A DNA stretch of 31,487 nucleotides, taken from positions 1 through 31,487 of IMG/VR virus record IMGVR_UViG_3300020045_011189; one strand, 5' to 3'. The notes under the pieces are model-generated. The model was given only the letters and a program-made list of their open reading frames with translations. It made no database searches and had not been told where the DNA came from. Every line of letters begins with the position of its first letter. The stretch's first letter is position 1. The DNA is from a virus (lineage: Duplodnaviria > Caudoviricetes). The position numbers were made by a program, and so were the translations under genes. Positions 18,001 through 26,617 of the stretch are shown one piece after another.

Positions 18001-19450
18001 TTTGAAACAATTTCGCATATTTTTCAGTTATAACATCAATTGGAGTAATTATATTTTTAACATCATCAGATAGTGGAGTTTTTAAATTTTTATTGTCAGC
18101 ACCAGTATTTCCACTTTTTAAAGCTTCATTTTTTTTATCAATTAATGCAATACTTTTTTCAAGTTGGATTTTTTCTTTATATGCTAAATCATATCCACCT
18201 TGATACATCATTTTTTGAGTATCATTATACCCTTTGATGTTTTCATCCATTTTTTTAAGTTCTTTATTGACATCAACTAGTCTTGCTTTTAATTCTAAAG
18301 CATCAAAATTATTAGCTAATTCCTCAACTGATAAACTTAAATTATCACTTCTTTTTTTTGCTTCAATAAAGCTTTCAGATAATCCATAAATAGCAGTTAC
18401 TGCAATTCCTAAAGCTGATAACTTCATCGCCTTATTGAATGCAACTTGTGAAGCTGTTGCCAATACTATTGCACTATTTACTGCTCCATAACTTCCAGCA
18501 AATATAGCATTGTAAGCTGTTGCTATTTGAACTGCTGTATTATATGATTTTACTCCTACTGCTAAAGCTCCAGCACTTAAAGCAACTTTTCCAATTGTTT
18601 CAGCTGTATCTGCGATAGCTTGTATATCTTCCCCATTAATAGATTCTAAGTATTTAGAAATATCATTAAAAACAGATGCTACACTTTTGCTAACACCTGA
18701 CATTTTATCAAAATCACCAATTATTTTTTGAATTGAATTTGATATATTCTGAGAGGATTGGGCAATAGTTTTTTCCATTTTTTTATAATTGGAATCAACT
18801 GAACCAGCAACTTTTTCAAGTGCTTTAGCTAATATTTCAGATGTTATTTTTCCATCTGCTCCAAGTTGTTTAAGTTCACCAACTACAACACCCATTCCTT
18901 CTGCTATTGCTTTAGACAATCCTTGTGCATTTTCATTAATAGATTTAAGTTCATCACCTTGTAATAATCCACTTCCAAAAGCTTGGCCTAGTTGTAAAAC
19001 TGCTGCACTCGCTTCTTCTGCACTTGAACCTGATAACGCAATGGCTTTATTTACTGTTTCAACTGTTCTAAATATATCGCTTTGAGATTTACCCATATTC
19101 AACATTGAATCAGATAATTTTGAATATAAACTTACAGTTTCACTATAACCTTGATTAGTAATTTGTGCAACTTCAAAAAGTCTTTTTTGTGCTATTGTAA
19201 ATTCTTCTGTTGTTTTGGTTACTAATTTAAGTTTATTATTTGCACTTGTAATTTTATCTAATTGAGTAGTGAAGTTTTTAGCAATATCAAGGGTATTTAA
19301 TCCAACAAAAGCACCAATAAGTCCTTTTACTGCGTATGACATTTGCTTCGTGGTTTTATCTATGGCTCTTTCGGCTTTATTAAATCCTTGTATTAGTTGC
19401 TGCGTGTCAGCTTTTACATCTATTAATAAAGTTCCGAGTGTATTTGCCAT
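15053..19450 (-). CDS. tail tape measure protein
   Basis: 1465 aa; tape-measure N-terminal motif QLGQAFGSGLLQGDELKSI; follows chaperones. Confidence 0.93.
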   Translation of the reverse strand: MANTLGTLLIDVKADTQQLIQGFNKAERAIDKTTKQMSYAVKGLIGAFVGLNTLDIAKNFTTQLDKITSANNKLKLVTKTTEEFTIAQKRLFEVAQITNQGYSETVSLYSKLSDSMLNMGKSQSDIFRTVETVNKAIALSGSSAEEASAAVLQLGQAFGSGLLQGDELKSINENAQGLSKAIAEGMGVVVGELKQLGADGKITSEILAKALEKVAGSVDSNYKKMEKTIAQSSQNISNSIQKIIGDFDKMSGVSKSVASVFNDISKYLESINGEDIQAIADTAETIGKVALSAGALAVGVKSYNTAVQIATAYNAIFAGSYGAVNSAIVLATASQVAFNKAMKLSALGIAVTAIYGLSESFIEAKKRSDNLSLSVEELANNFDALELKARLVDVNKELKKMDENIKGYNDTQKMMYQGGYDLAYKEKIQLEKSIALIDKKNEALKSGNTGADNKNLKTPLSDDVKNIITPIDVITEKYAKLFQNLTESGKATAENMALITSKMNEEIANLDKDAVEKRKKAESDKEKAVKDAQDRIKDLTKEATELATSEVDKINAKYMEMYEVIKNTFNPEQLNAFNASWQESVDKANGTLDKQKEKQDLINQALSVATNEIDTINNKYLEMFEAIKDNPLFDDEKMMEFYKKWQDEIDKTKEKLDFSNTIELDIIGDDKSVQRITKSFDELQKATKKYEDNRAKIKKGSEEEAQNEEMFRKDQINGYINMTGAIGSLYETGSKEAASFQVAQTSLALVEGTRAILTAGTGDPYTAIPRMIAMGAMVSSLLGNIGVAFGMNKSSTSSDAFSAQVANTGTGSSLGDSKKASESITNALNTLEDFAQPQFQTLQSMNNYLKNIATSIGGVSSILVQNSATALGTNYSGGFNTGFKNNISSNSLINSVVNPIEPILSKIPVIGQINGLFGNIINSALGGIFGKTSVSQSLKDSGITFADAYLKNAITQLDGSAYQTIATTVSKKSWFSSSTSTSLNTSFLALDKNVNNQFSLVLANLYNTVQESGKALDLSSANLNNSLNNFVVSIGKLSLKDKTGEQIQELLTNIFSKVGDDLASATIPNLTGFQQVGEGLFETLTRVATGMEESKFYIDRLGTSTVKYTDIINKQGTVGFEALAQSIIKADEATYGLNNGVVKMIDNLNLTTEELYNTYLTFGNIRDILEVTNQSASNLSSSMILGAGSISALESGTKSYMENFLSDNERLNIQLENLSEEFVKAGYTMPKTRQGFIDLIKSIDTSTEVGAKAYGRLIGISDSYNTTIGEIEDNLSSLINTFSSLGDSVAQTIATLAGSTSDSQSATSQIKSFWEKRKEIDNLLALNGNLTQDQQSKLSKLVGEVNSLATNIQGNSASSSGITNELISNLAGLQNSLNLENQILSVNIVGVASNVSLIENIAGISATVPSLVNNTSNYVTSSELSTEIKDILTTIKNNLSTYPQKTYEMLDDVINGSQRVKVQTN

Positions 19451-19462
19451 AAATAAATCCTT

Positions 19463-19762
19463 TTATATGCCTTTAAAAGCATTAATTAATTGTTTGTTTT
19501 TTTCTTCTTGTGTAAGTATAGGTTTAGGTCTTTTACATATCATAAAATCTTCGTGCTTAGCTTTAGACTTTCCAAATCCACTTATCATAAGACAAATAGT
19601 TGCTAGTTGATTTTCAAATCTATCTGCAAAAAATGGCTCTTCTGAATAGTATTCATACCACTCATAAAGCTCTCTCAAACTCATGCAATTTTCAAGTTCT
19701 GTAACTGTTCTAAATCCAGTTACTCCAATTAGTTTAAAGAGGAATTTTCGTTCCTCTTTTAC
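19463..19762 (-). CDS. tail assembly chaperone GT C-terminal part (-1 frameshift product)
   Basis: -1 frame after A AAA AAG reads VKEERKFLFKLIGVTGFRTVTELENCMSLRELYEW... Confidence 0.8.
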   Translation of the reverse strand, partial: VKEERKFLFKLIGVTGFRTVTELENCMSLRELYEWYEYYSEEPFFADRFENQLATICLMISGFGKSKAKHEDFMICKRPKPILTQEEKNKQLINAFKGI

Positions 19763-19768
19763 TTTTTT
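19736..19768 (-). promoter_or_regulatory. programmed -1 frameshift signal
   Basis: Slippery A AAA AAG (19768-19762), then hairpin AAAGAGGAA-CGAAAA-TTCCTCTTT. Confidence 0.8.
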
Positions 19769-20148
19769 TCTTCTTCTTCTTTTGTTAATTCAGATTTAGA
19801 AGTTTTTAAAGTTTCAGGTTGCTGATTAAAAAAATCTTCTTTTTGCTGTTCTGTTTTTCCAATTACTTGAATATTTGAGAAAATTTCATTTAATCCTGAT
19901 GTAGCAGTCGAATTAAGATTTTTTATTTCTTCTTCTGTAAACATTTCAGGCGATACCATAGTACACTTACAAGCATACTTAATAATTTCTTCTAATGATT
20001 TGTTATCTTTAATCATTTGATGATAAATACTAGCTTCTGCGATTGTTAATTCTCTTACAATAACTTCACTATTTCCCCATGATGGAACTTTAAAAACTTC
20101 TTGTTTTAAATTTACTAATTTTAATAAATCTTCTTTACTGATTGCCAT
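19759..20148 (-). CDS. tail assembly chaperone G
   Basis: VPSWG..V.VRELT motif, between tail tube and TMP. Confidence 0.8.
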   Translation of the reverse strand: MAISKEDLLKLVNLKQEVFKVPSWGNSEVIVRELTIAEASIYHQMIKDNKSLEEIIKYACKCTMVSPEMFTEEEIKNLNSTATSGLNEIFSNIQVIGKTEQQKEDFFNQQPETLKTSKSELTKEEEEKK

Positions 20149-20185
20149 ATTATTTCCTTGTAGTTTTTATTTTGTAGTTTTTAAA

Positions 20186-20201
20186 TGTTTCATGTGAAAC
20201 A
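20186..20201. promoter_or_regulatory. parS-like palindrome
   Basis: TGTTTCATGTGAAACA, 15/16 to consensus TGTTTCACGTGAAACA. Confidence 0.6.
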
Positions 20202-20232
20202 AAATGACGGGATAACTACAAACCCGTCATTT
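20195..20232 (-). terminator. intrinsic terminator/attenuator after major tail gene
   Basis: Stem AAATGACGGG/CCCGTCATTT followed by a T-rich run. Confidence 0.65.
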
Positions 20233-20234
20233 AA

Positions 20235-20717
20235 TTAAGCTGCTAAAATAACATTTGGCTTTGTGCAAATCTCAATAGTAGGATTATACATAACTGCTGA
20301 ATCTTTAGCTATTCCCATAGTTGGTGAACTGATTGCAGCTTCAAAAGTTATTGATGTTGGATTACCAGTTGTTGGAGTAATTTGGTCGTTTAGAACGATA
20401 ATTAACTTTCTTCTAGTATTGTTGTCCCACATATCTCTTAAATCATCTTGTCCTGCTGTATCTGACGGGTCAAATAATAATTGAGGTGTAATATTTGCTA
20501 AAGATATTGCCCCTAAACTTTTATAAGCTGAGTCACTTGACATACAAGTGTATTCTGTTGCACTTCTTGAGCCTAAAGAAATATCACCTAAATCTAATAA
20601 ACAATTAATTTGTTTTGCTGATGAAATTGCAGTTGTAATTTCTGCTGCTGTTGTTGTTGCTACTGATGTAGCTACTAAATAAGCTTTTGTCCCTTGACTT
20701 TCTACTATGTTTGGCAT
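20235..20717 (-). CDS. major tail (tube) protein
   Basis: SQGT, EYTCM, K.LG, FDP.D.AGQ motifs; synteny. Confidence 0.8.
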   Translation of the reverse strand: MPNIVESQGTKAYLVATSVATTTAAEITTAISSAKQINCLLDLGDISLGSRSATEYTCMSSDSAYKSLGAISLANITPQLLFDPSDTAGQDDLRDMWDNNTRRKLIIVLNDQITPTTGNPTSITFEAAISSPTMGIAKDSAVMYNPTIEICTKPNVILAA

Positions 20718-20719
20718 AA

Positions 20720-21073
20720 TTAATCCTTGATTTTAAAATCTATTATTTGTTTAAAAAGTGCTGTTTCGTCTTCATAATCGTCCATAATACTGATATTATT
20801 TGAATCCATAAATCCTACTAACGCATTTTTAACCGCTTCACTCATAGCCTTAACATTTGAATATGTAAGACTAAAACAATCTATTTGCATTCTATAATCG
20901 CCTTGATAAATTTGACCCCCCATACATTGTAGTTTAAGTCCAGTTATTACTCTATAAGTAATATATGGTTTAGGTACATTTTGTGGAGCCACAAGAGGAT
21001 AAACCCTCTCATTTATCAAAGCTTTTATAGTTGCAGTATTTTTTAATAATAGATATACTTCACTTTCCGTCAT
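20720..21073 (-). CDS. tail terminator/completion protein (DUF3168-like)
   Basis: RVYPLVAPQ...PYITY, RMQID. Confidence 0.8.
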   Translation of the reverse strand: MTESEVYLLLKNTATIKALINERVYPLVAPQNVPKPYITYRVITGLKLQCMGGQIYQGDYRMQIDCFSLTYSNVKAMSEAVKNALVGFMDSNNISIMDDYEDETALFKQIIDFKIKD

Positions 21074-21483
21074 TGTTTAGCCTTTGCCAGTTCTTTTGGA
21101 ATTCTTTCAGCTATATATTTTTTACTAGCTTCAAGACTCTCATTATTTGATTGTTCAAAGGCTGGTCTTAAAAATGGTTTAGCACTCATTTTTGAAGTAC
21201 CGAATTCTATGAATTGTGCATACCAACCGCTATTTTTACCACCTTTTGATGGAGTTACTGAAAATTTAATTTCACCTTGTTTTGCTTTTCGTTGCATAGA
21301 TATAATAGATTTAGCTAATGTTCCAGTTTTTTTTGGTACTCTTCTTCTTGCTTCATCTCTTACCACATTTGCACCAGCTCTAATTGCTCCAGTCATTACA
21401 TTTTTTTGAATGTTTTGAGGTAAAGTATTTAAAGTTTTCAATAATGCTTTTGTATCAAAAGTTGCACTTATAGAATTAGCCAT
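21070..21483 (-). CDS. HK97 gp10-family morphogenesis protein
   Basis: P.KTGTL..SI, YAQFIEFGTSKMSAKPFLRPAF. Confidence 0.9.
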   Translation of the reverse strand: MANSISATFDTKALLKTLNTLPQNIQKNVMTGAIRAGANVVRDEARRRVPKKTGTLAKSIISMQRKAKQGEIKFSVTPSKGGKNSGWYAQFIEFGTSKMSAKPFLRPAFEQSNNESLEASKKYIAERIPKELAKAKQ

Positions 21484-21805
21484 TAACAACCTCTTCTGCT
21501 AAAATTTCAATCTCTTTGTTTAATTCCATAAAGTTACGACCACCATTAATAAAATTAAAAACTCGACCTTTCCAAACTAAACGCATTGAAGCATTTAATC
21601 CCTCTGTGTATCTAATTTTTATTTTATGTGTAGTTTTTGCAAAATCTGTATTAGATAAAAAGCTTTCTTTTCCACTAATAGGATTGATTGAACACCAAAC
21701 ATCTTTAAACTTTGTAAACTGACCTTGTTCGATTTCTCCAAAGTCATTTTGTGTACTTCCAAGATGTTGAATTTCTGCTTTATTTCTTAAAATTCCAGCT
21801 CTCAT
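21476..21805 (-). CDS. head closure/head-tail joining protein (SPP1 gp16-like)
   Basis: MRAG.LR, VW..I.P.SG.E, I.IRY. Confidence 0.85.
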   Translation of the reverse strand: MRAGILRNKAEIQHLGSTQNDFGEIEQGQFTKFKDVWCSINPISGKESFLSNTDFAKTTHKIKIRYTEGLNASMRLVWKGRVFNFINGGRNFMELNKEIEILAEEVVNG

Positions 21806-22356
21806 ATTGGTTGAATCCTATATATATTAAGCATTTTATCTAGTAAAGGATTAGCACTTTTATCAACGCTAACACCAATTACATAAGATTCTCTGTTTTC
21901 GTACATAGTAGAAACAGCCATTTTTATATAAGATATTATTGAAGATGGAACAACATCATAACCACTAACAAAAGTAATTTTAAACGCTCTTTTATCGCAT
22001 TTATAACTAGGCATTTTATTAATGTGTAGTTTTGAAATTCCATTATCAACATAAACATAATAATCAGTATTAGGCATAATCTGATATGTTCCGTTTAAGT
22101 CCATATATTCAATTTTTGTAACACTTTGAACTGGATTTTTAGGAAGTGCAAAACCACAATAAATAATTTCATTTGTTAATTCAAAAGTAGCCACTTCTAG
22201 TTGTCTATTAGTGTAATTTTCTGCGTATTCTCTTGCACCACTTATAAATGACTCAATTAGTGTATCTTCGTCATCTTCTAATATGTGCATAAAAGTTTTT
22301 GCATCTTCTAAACTTAATGGCTCTGATAATGGTGCTACTGTTTGAATTAAATTCAT
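21802..22356 (-). CDS. head-tail connector (HK97 gp6-like)
   Basis: EPLSLEDAK, AR.YAE.YT.R, YENRE. Confidence 0.85.
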   Translation of the reverse strand: MNLIQTVAPLSEPLSLEDAKTFMHILEDDEDTLIESFISGAREYAENYTNRQLEVATFELTNEIIYCGFALPKNPVQSVTKIEYMDLNGTYQIMPNTDYYVYVDNGISKLHINKMPSYKCDKRAFKITFVSGYDVVPSSIISYIKMAVSTMYENRESYVIGVSVDKSANPLLDKMLNIYRIQPI

Positions 22357-22751
22357 TATTTACCTTCTAAATCTTCATCTTTTTTTGTTTCTACTCTTAA
22401 TAAAAGCTCTTCAACTTTTGATAAGATTTCATTTTCTTCATAAACTAAACCTAACAATTCAGCTTCTTTTTTAACTACATTTTCATACATTGCAATTAAA
22501 TCATTCTTAATTGTTTCATGTTCTAAAATAGCTTTTGCTTTTGCTTCATTTTCAGATTGTTCTCTTTTTGACTCTTCAAGTTCAACCAAATAAGACTCTA
22601 ACTCTTTTTTAGTTTTAAATGAAGCACTATCATCTAAAAGGTATCTTTCTACTTGTATCGGAGTAAGATTTTTAATCTCATCTCCGATATTTATATCAAT
22701 ACCTACACCGCTAAAATGAGTTTTAGCAATTAGAGTATATGACTTAGCCAT
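22356..22751 (-). CDS. hypothetical head-region protein
   Basis: 131-aa ORF between capsid and connector. Confidence 0.6.
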   Translation of the reverse strand: MAKSYTLIAKTHFSGVGIDINIGDEIKNLTPIQVERYLLDDSASFKTKKELESYLVELEESKREQSENEAKAKAILEHETIKNDLIAMYENVVKKEAELLGLVYEENEILSKVEELLLRVETKKDEDLEGK

Positions 22752-22755
22752 TTAA

Positions 22756-23913
22756 TTACGCAGCTGCATTTTTAGCGATATTAAATGCTTCATCAAGTAG
22801 TCTTTTTGCATCAACTCTAGCAGTTACTTTGTAACCAACCATTCCATTTTCGGCATATAACTCATTAAGTCTTTGAATAGACATAACACCTCTATCTGCA
22901 ACTTGATAATATGAGAAGTCACCAACACAAATAAAAGTATTACCAGCACCCATAACAGCCATATTTGAATCAGTTACAATTGGTCTTCCAAATAATGTAG
23001 GAACAGAACCATCTCTTAATGTAGGGAAAATATAATTTCCTTGACCATCTTTTAAGGCACTAATAGCTTTTAAAGTTAAGTCATTCATTCTCCATGTAGA
23101 ATTAGCTCTATACTCTTCTTTTAAATCCCAAAAGATTTTATATAACTCATCAGAAGTTACAGCAGCAACAGCAGCAGTAGTTGAATTTGCACCAGCAGCT
23201 AATCCAGTCAAATATCCAGTAGGTTTATTTACTCCGTTTCCAGTTGTGAATGCAGTAGATTCTAATTTATCCATAGCTTTTGCAATTTTTAAGGCGATAT
23301 AAGCCTCAATATTGATAGCTGAATCAGATAATAACTCTTCTGAAATTTGAATAATTCCACCCATTTTGTATGCACTAATAGAAGTTTGTCCAAATGTAGG
23401 ATTAGATTTTGGATATGCTGCTAATTCTTCAACCCAACCAAAAGTAGGAGTATCTCCCTCAACTGGAATTTTTGTTAAACTTGTAGTTCTAATTGAACTT
23501 GAAATGTTTCTTGTTTTAGAGAAAGTATAAAGTTTCATTAAAACAGTATTTTGGAATGTTTCAGGAACAGTATATCCACCATCAGCAGCAACACCAACAG
23601 ACATAGCAGCTTTTGCATCTTGTAATGACATTTCACCTTTAAAGTAAGTCATGAAATCTTTAGCATAAGCCATCGCTTCATCTGAAATTCCAGCAGCATT
23701 TGCACCTAAAACAGCATCAGTTTCATTTGATAATTTAAGAGTAGCTTTACCTATCTCAATATCTCTATCTGCTTTATCATATTTTGCTTGTAATTGTTCG
23801 AATGTAGCTGTTTCCGCTTCATCTAAAGAATCTTTAGCATTTAAATCAGTCATAAGTTTAAGAGTTTCAGCTCTTGCCTTATATAAGTTTTCTAAGTCTT
23901 CAATTGTAAACAT
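22756..23913 (-). CDS. major capsid protein, HK97 fold
   Basis: DGGYTVPE, ISEELLSDS, G.G.NKP.G, LKDGQG.Y, L.GRP, GDFS.Y. Confidence 0.95.
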   Translation of the reverse strand: MFTIEDLENLYKARAETLKLMTDLNAKDSLDEAETATFEQLQAKYDKADRDIEIGKATLKLSNETDAVLGANAAGISDEAMAYAKDFMTYFKGEMSLQDAKAAMSVGVAADGGYTVPETFQNTVLMKLYTFSKTRNISSSIRTTSLTKIPVEGDTPTFGWVEELAAYPKSNPTFGQTSISAYKMGGIIQISEELLSDSAINIEAYIALKIAKAMDKLESTAFTTGNGVNKPTGYLTGLAAGANSTTAAVAAVTSDELYKIFWDLKEEYRANSTWRMNDLTLKAISALKDGQGNYIFPTLRDGSVPTLFGRPIVTDSNMAVMGAGNTFICVGDFSYYQVADRGVMSIQRLNELYAENGMVGYKVTARVDAKRLLDEAFNIAKNAAA

Positions 23914-23915
23914 AT

Positions 23916-24656
23916 TTATTTCCTTTTTAGTAAGTTAAGAGTTCTTTCTCTTTTTTGTTTAGCTGTTAAATCAGCAATAGAGTTTTGAACTTCTTCAATT
24001 TCTACTATTTGATTTTCAACCACCTCAATTGGAATTACCTCATCTTTAGATGGTAACATTTGAGCTACCATTTCAAAAGATACATTTTCATTTGCAATAA
24101 TTGCGTTATTACACGCTTTTAATGTTTCAATAGTTAATGCCATTGCTGCATTTTTATCTAAGTCTGTTTGTGTATCTTTCATCTCATCGGCAAATCCTTT
24201 CTCTTTGATTTCCATACCATAATAATATGATTCTTCACTCATTAAAGCTTTGATTTCTTTTTCATCAATTTTTGATTTTTTAGAATAATCTTTCGCTAAT
24301 ATTGAAGATAATCCCTCTGATAAATCAGCTGCTTTTCTTAATGAGTTATAATCTCCTATAACTGGCAACCACGCATTATGAATCATAAATGTAGTATTAT
24401 CTCTAACTGTGAATGATGTTCCTTGCATAGCAATATATGTAGCAATTGAAGCAACAACCGCACCACCCACAATATGAACTTCATTACCTTTTGCAATATA
24501 GTCTCTTATTGCATTAGCTATTTTAATTCCACCGATAACACTACCACCAACTGAATCAATCTCAACATCTAGTCTTCCTATTGAGTTGGAAATTTCATAT
24601 ACTACTTCTTCGGGGTCAACTTCCCACCCACCAATTACACCGCTAATTCTAATCAT
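23916..24656 (-). CDS. ClpP-like prohead protease
   Basis: IDSVGGSV, ASIA, FMIHNAW, GFADE. Confidence 0.88.
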   Translation of the reverse strand: MIRISGVIGGWEVDPEEVVYEISNSIGRLDVEIDSVGGSVIGGIKIANAIRDYIAKGNEVHIVGGAVVASIATYIAMQGTSFTVRDNTTFMIHNAWLPVIGDYNSLRKAADLSEGLSSILAKDYSKKSKIDEKEIKALMSEESYYYGMEIKEKGFADEMKDTQTDLDKNAAMALTIETLKACNNAIIANENVSFEMVAQMLPSKDEVIPIEVVENQIVEIEEVQNSIADLTAKQKRERTLNLLKRK

Positions 24657-25840
24657 ACGATTCCTTTGTTATCAGGTACTTGACCAACTGGAGTTAAATT
24701 ATTACTTTGATAGTAATATTCATCTCCACCATCAAATCCATTTTCATTTTCAAATCTTCTTATTTCATTTGGAGATATTGAAGCTGTTTCAAATCTACCT
24801 TTAAAATATTCCATTCTTGTTTTTGCATCTACTCTCATTAAATTGTTATATTCAAATTTAATTGATAAAGTTTTCTTTTCTTCAGGAGTTAGTAATTTTT
24901 GTCTAAATCTTTCTTCAATATTTGTAGTAAGTGGGAAAATAGTATTATCTTTAAACTCTAAATATTTCTGTTCTAAATTTCCATAGCTTGTGTTCTCTGA
25001 ATCATTTAACATAGCAACTGGAACACCAAAGATTGAGGCTATTTCTTCTCTATTAAATTTTCTACTTGCTAACCATTCAGCATCACTATTTTTGATTGAT
25101 AATTCTTTAAAGTCTAAACCATCATCTAATAACATTGGTTTTCCAACATTTCTAAGACCAGTATAATTTTTGCCTAGCTGTTCTTTTAATCTTGCGTGTG
25201 ATTCTGCTGTTAGTGCTTTTTCATTTCTGAATATACCCGTAGGCATTGCACCATTTTTAAATAGCATATTTCCATGTTGAGCTGTATTGTTTGCAAATTC
25301 TAAAGAGTTTTTAGCGTATTCAATAGGACTTAATCCGATTAAGTTTTCTTTGTCGGGAATATCGTAAACATGAAGTATTCTATCTTCTCTAATTCCTACA
25401 CCATTATAAGTATAAACTTTTTTATTAGGAGATTGAATATCCCACATTACAGTCATATTATCAGCTCTTAAAGGATATAAGGCTACTATTTGCCATAATC
25501 CATTTCTAACTATTTGAGAGTAGTGATTACCTCTTAAGTCTAAATCTTGAGATATGATTTTTTTATAAGTTGATGAAGTTAAATCTTTATTTGGTTCGTA
25601 TCTTAAAATATTATATAAAAGATTATCTACAAATTCAGATTTATCTACTCCATTGTTTTTGTAAAGTTTTAAGGGGATTACAGATAGTGCGTTCATCTTG
25701 ATTCTTACACAAGAGTAAACAACCGCTATTTTTTGAGCATTAGTTATTGTAATTTTATTTGATGGATTTAAAAAACTGTCATTTGCACTTTCAGTTTCTT
25801 TTAATTCTGCTTTAATAGTTAATCCATCAAAAAAACTCAT
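24653..25840 (-). CDS. portal protein, HK97 family
   Basis: GN.Y, GLSPI, F.NGAMP.G, IA..FGVP, SPNEIR..EN...DGGD. Confidence 0.95.
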   Translation of the reverse strand: MSFFDGLTIKAELKETESANDSFLNPSNKITITNAQKIAVVYSCVRIKMNALSVIPLKLYKNNGVDKSEFVDNLLYNILRYEPNKDLTSSTYKKIISQDLDLRGNHYSQIVRNGLWQIVALYPLRADNMTVMWDIQSPNKKVYTYNGVGIREDRILHVYDIPDKENLIGLSPIEYAKNSLEFANNTAQHGNMLFKNGAMPTGIFRNEKALTAESHARLKEQLGKNYTGLRNVGKPMLLDDGLDFKELSIKNSDAEWLASRKFNREEIASIFGVPVAMLNDSENTSYGNLEQKYLEFKDNTIFPLTTNIEERFRQKLLTPEEKKTLSIKFEYNNLMRVDAKTRMEYFKGRFETASISPNEIRRFENENGFDGGDEYYYQSNNLTPVGQVPDNKGIV

Positions 25841-26025
25841 TTAATAGCCTTTTTAAGTTGATAGATTAAAGTTGAAATTGTTAAAATCGGGATTATAAAA
25901 AGGATTGCACCTATTGAGTAAATTCCAACAATAGAATTAATTAAATAAATTCCATAGCTAGAAATTAGTAAGCATATTAAAACAATAGTATAAAAATAAA
26001 GAATGTCTTTAATTGCTTTTGTCAT
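25837..26025 (-). CDS. small two-TM membrane protein
   Basis: Hydrophobic 62-aa ORF directly before portal. Confidence 0.6.
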   Translation of the reverse strand: MTKAIKDILYFYTIVLICLLISSYGIYLINSIVGIYSIGAILFIIPILTISTLIYQLKKAIK

Positions 26026-26088
26026 TTAGTACCTTTACATCATAATTACAGATGTGTTGTATGTTGCCATTTGATTGGACTTACTGAA

Positions 26089-26116
26089 ATTTTAGCTATT
26101 TAAAGATTAATTTAAA
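26089..26116 (-). promoter_or_regulatory. probable promoter for head/tail operon
   Basis: Phased TTTAAA tracts then GCTAAAAT, Campylobacterota RpoD-like. Confidence 0.4.
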
Positions 26117-26133
26117 CTTAGTTGTGTATTTAT

Positions 26134-26204
26134 GAAACATTAAAGTAAATTTATTTTGATATTTGTTTAGAATATTTGACTTTTGGTTTTGTTGGTTGTA
26201 TAGT
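26134..26204 (+). promoter_or_regulatory. moron promoter with GAAACA box
   Basis: TTGACT(26176-26181)-17-TATAGT(26199-26204); GAAACA starts 42 bp before the -35. Confidence 0.65.
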
Positions 26205-26224
26205 TAAGAAAAAAAGGAACAATA

Positions 26225-26617
26225 ATGAATGATTTATATAATATATCTAAAGATGAGCTTATAGAAAAAGTATATGACATATTTGATACATCTTTTATAT
26301 ATAAAGAAAACGAACTTATATTGCATAAAAAATGGAATATCTATTTTAGATTAGATGATATTTCCGATAATTATGATTTTAATTATAAGATTCTTTCTTA
26401 TTGTTCTTTTTATTGTGCTTCAAATCATTTTAAAAAGAACTCTAAAGAATGTAAATATATTTGGAATAGACTTAATAGATGGTTTAAAATAGATTTTACA
26501 TATGAACAATTACAAATTATATATACAAAATTTGGATGTGGAGCAAATAGAACATTAGGGAATGAATTTATAAAAAATGGATTAGATTTTTCTATATTAA
26601 ATAAAGCCACTTCATAG
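26225..26617 (+). CDS. moron, conserved phage hypothetical protein
   Basis: Antisense to the structural operon, own promoter, SD AAGGA and terminator. Confidence 0.7.
   Translation: MNDLYNISKDELIEKVYDIFDTSFIYKENELILHKKWNIYFRLDDISDNYDFNYKILSYCSFYCASNHFKKNSKECKYIWNRLNRWFKIDFTYEQLQIIYTKFGCGANRTLGNEFIKNGLDFSILNKATS

Noticed and set aside
26035-26070. 11-codon ORF MATYNTSVIMM in the head-operon leader
   Set aside because: No SD and only a weak hairpin; no support for translation.
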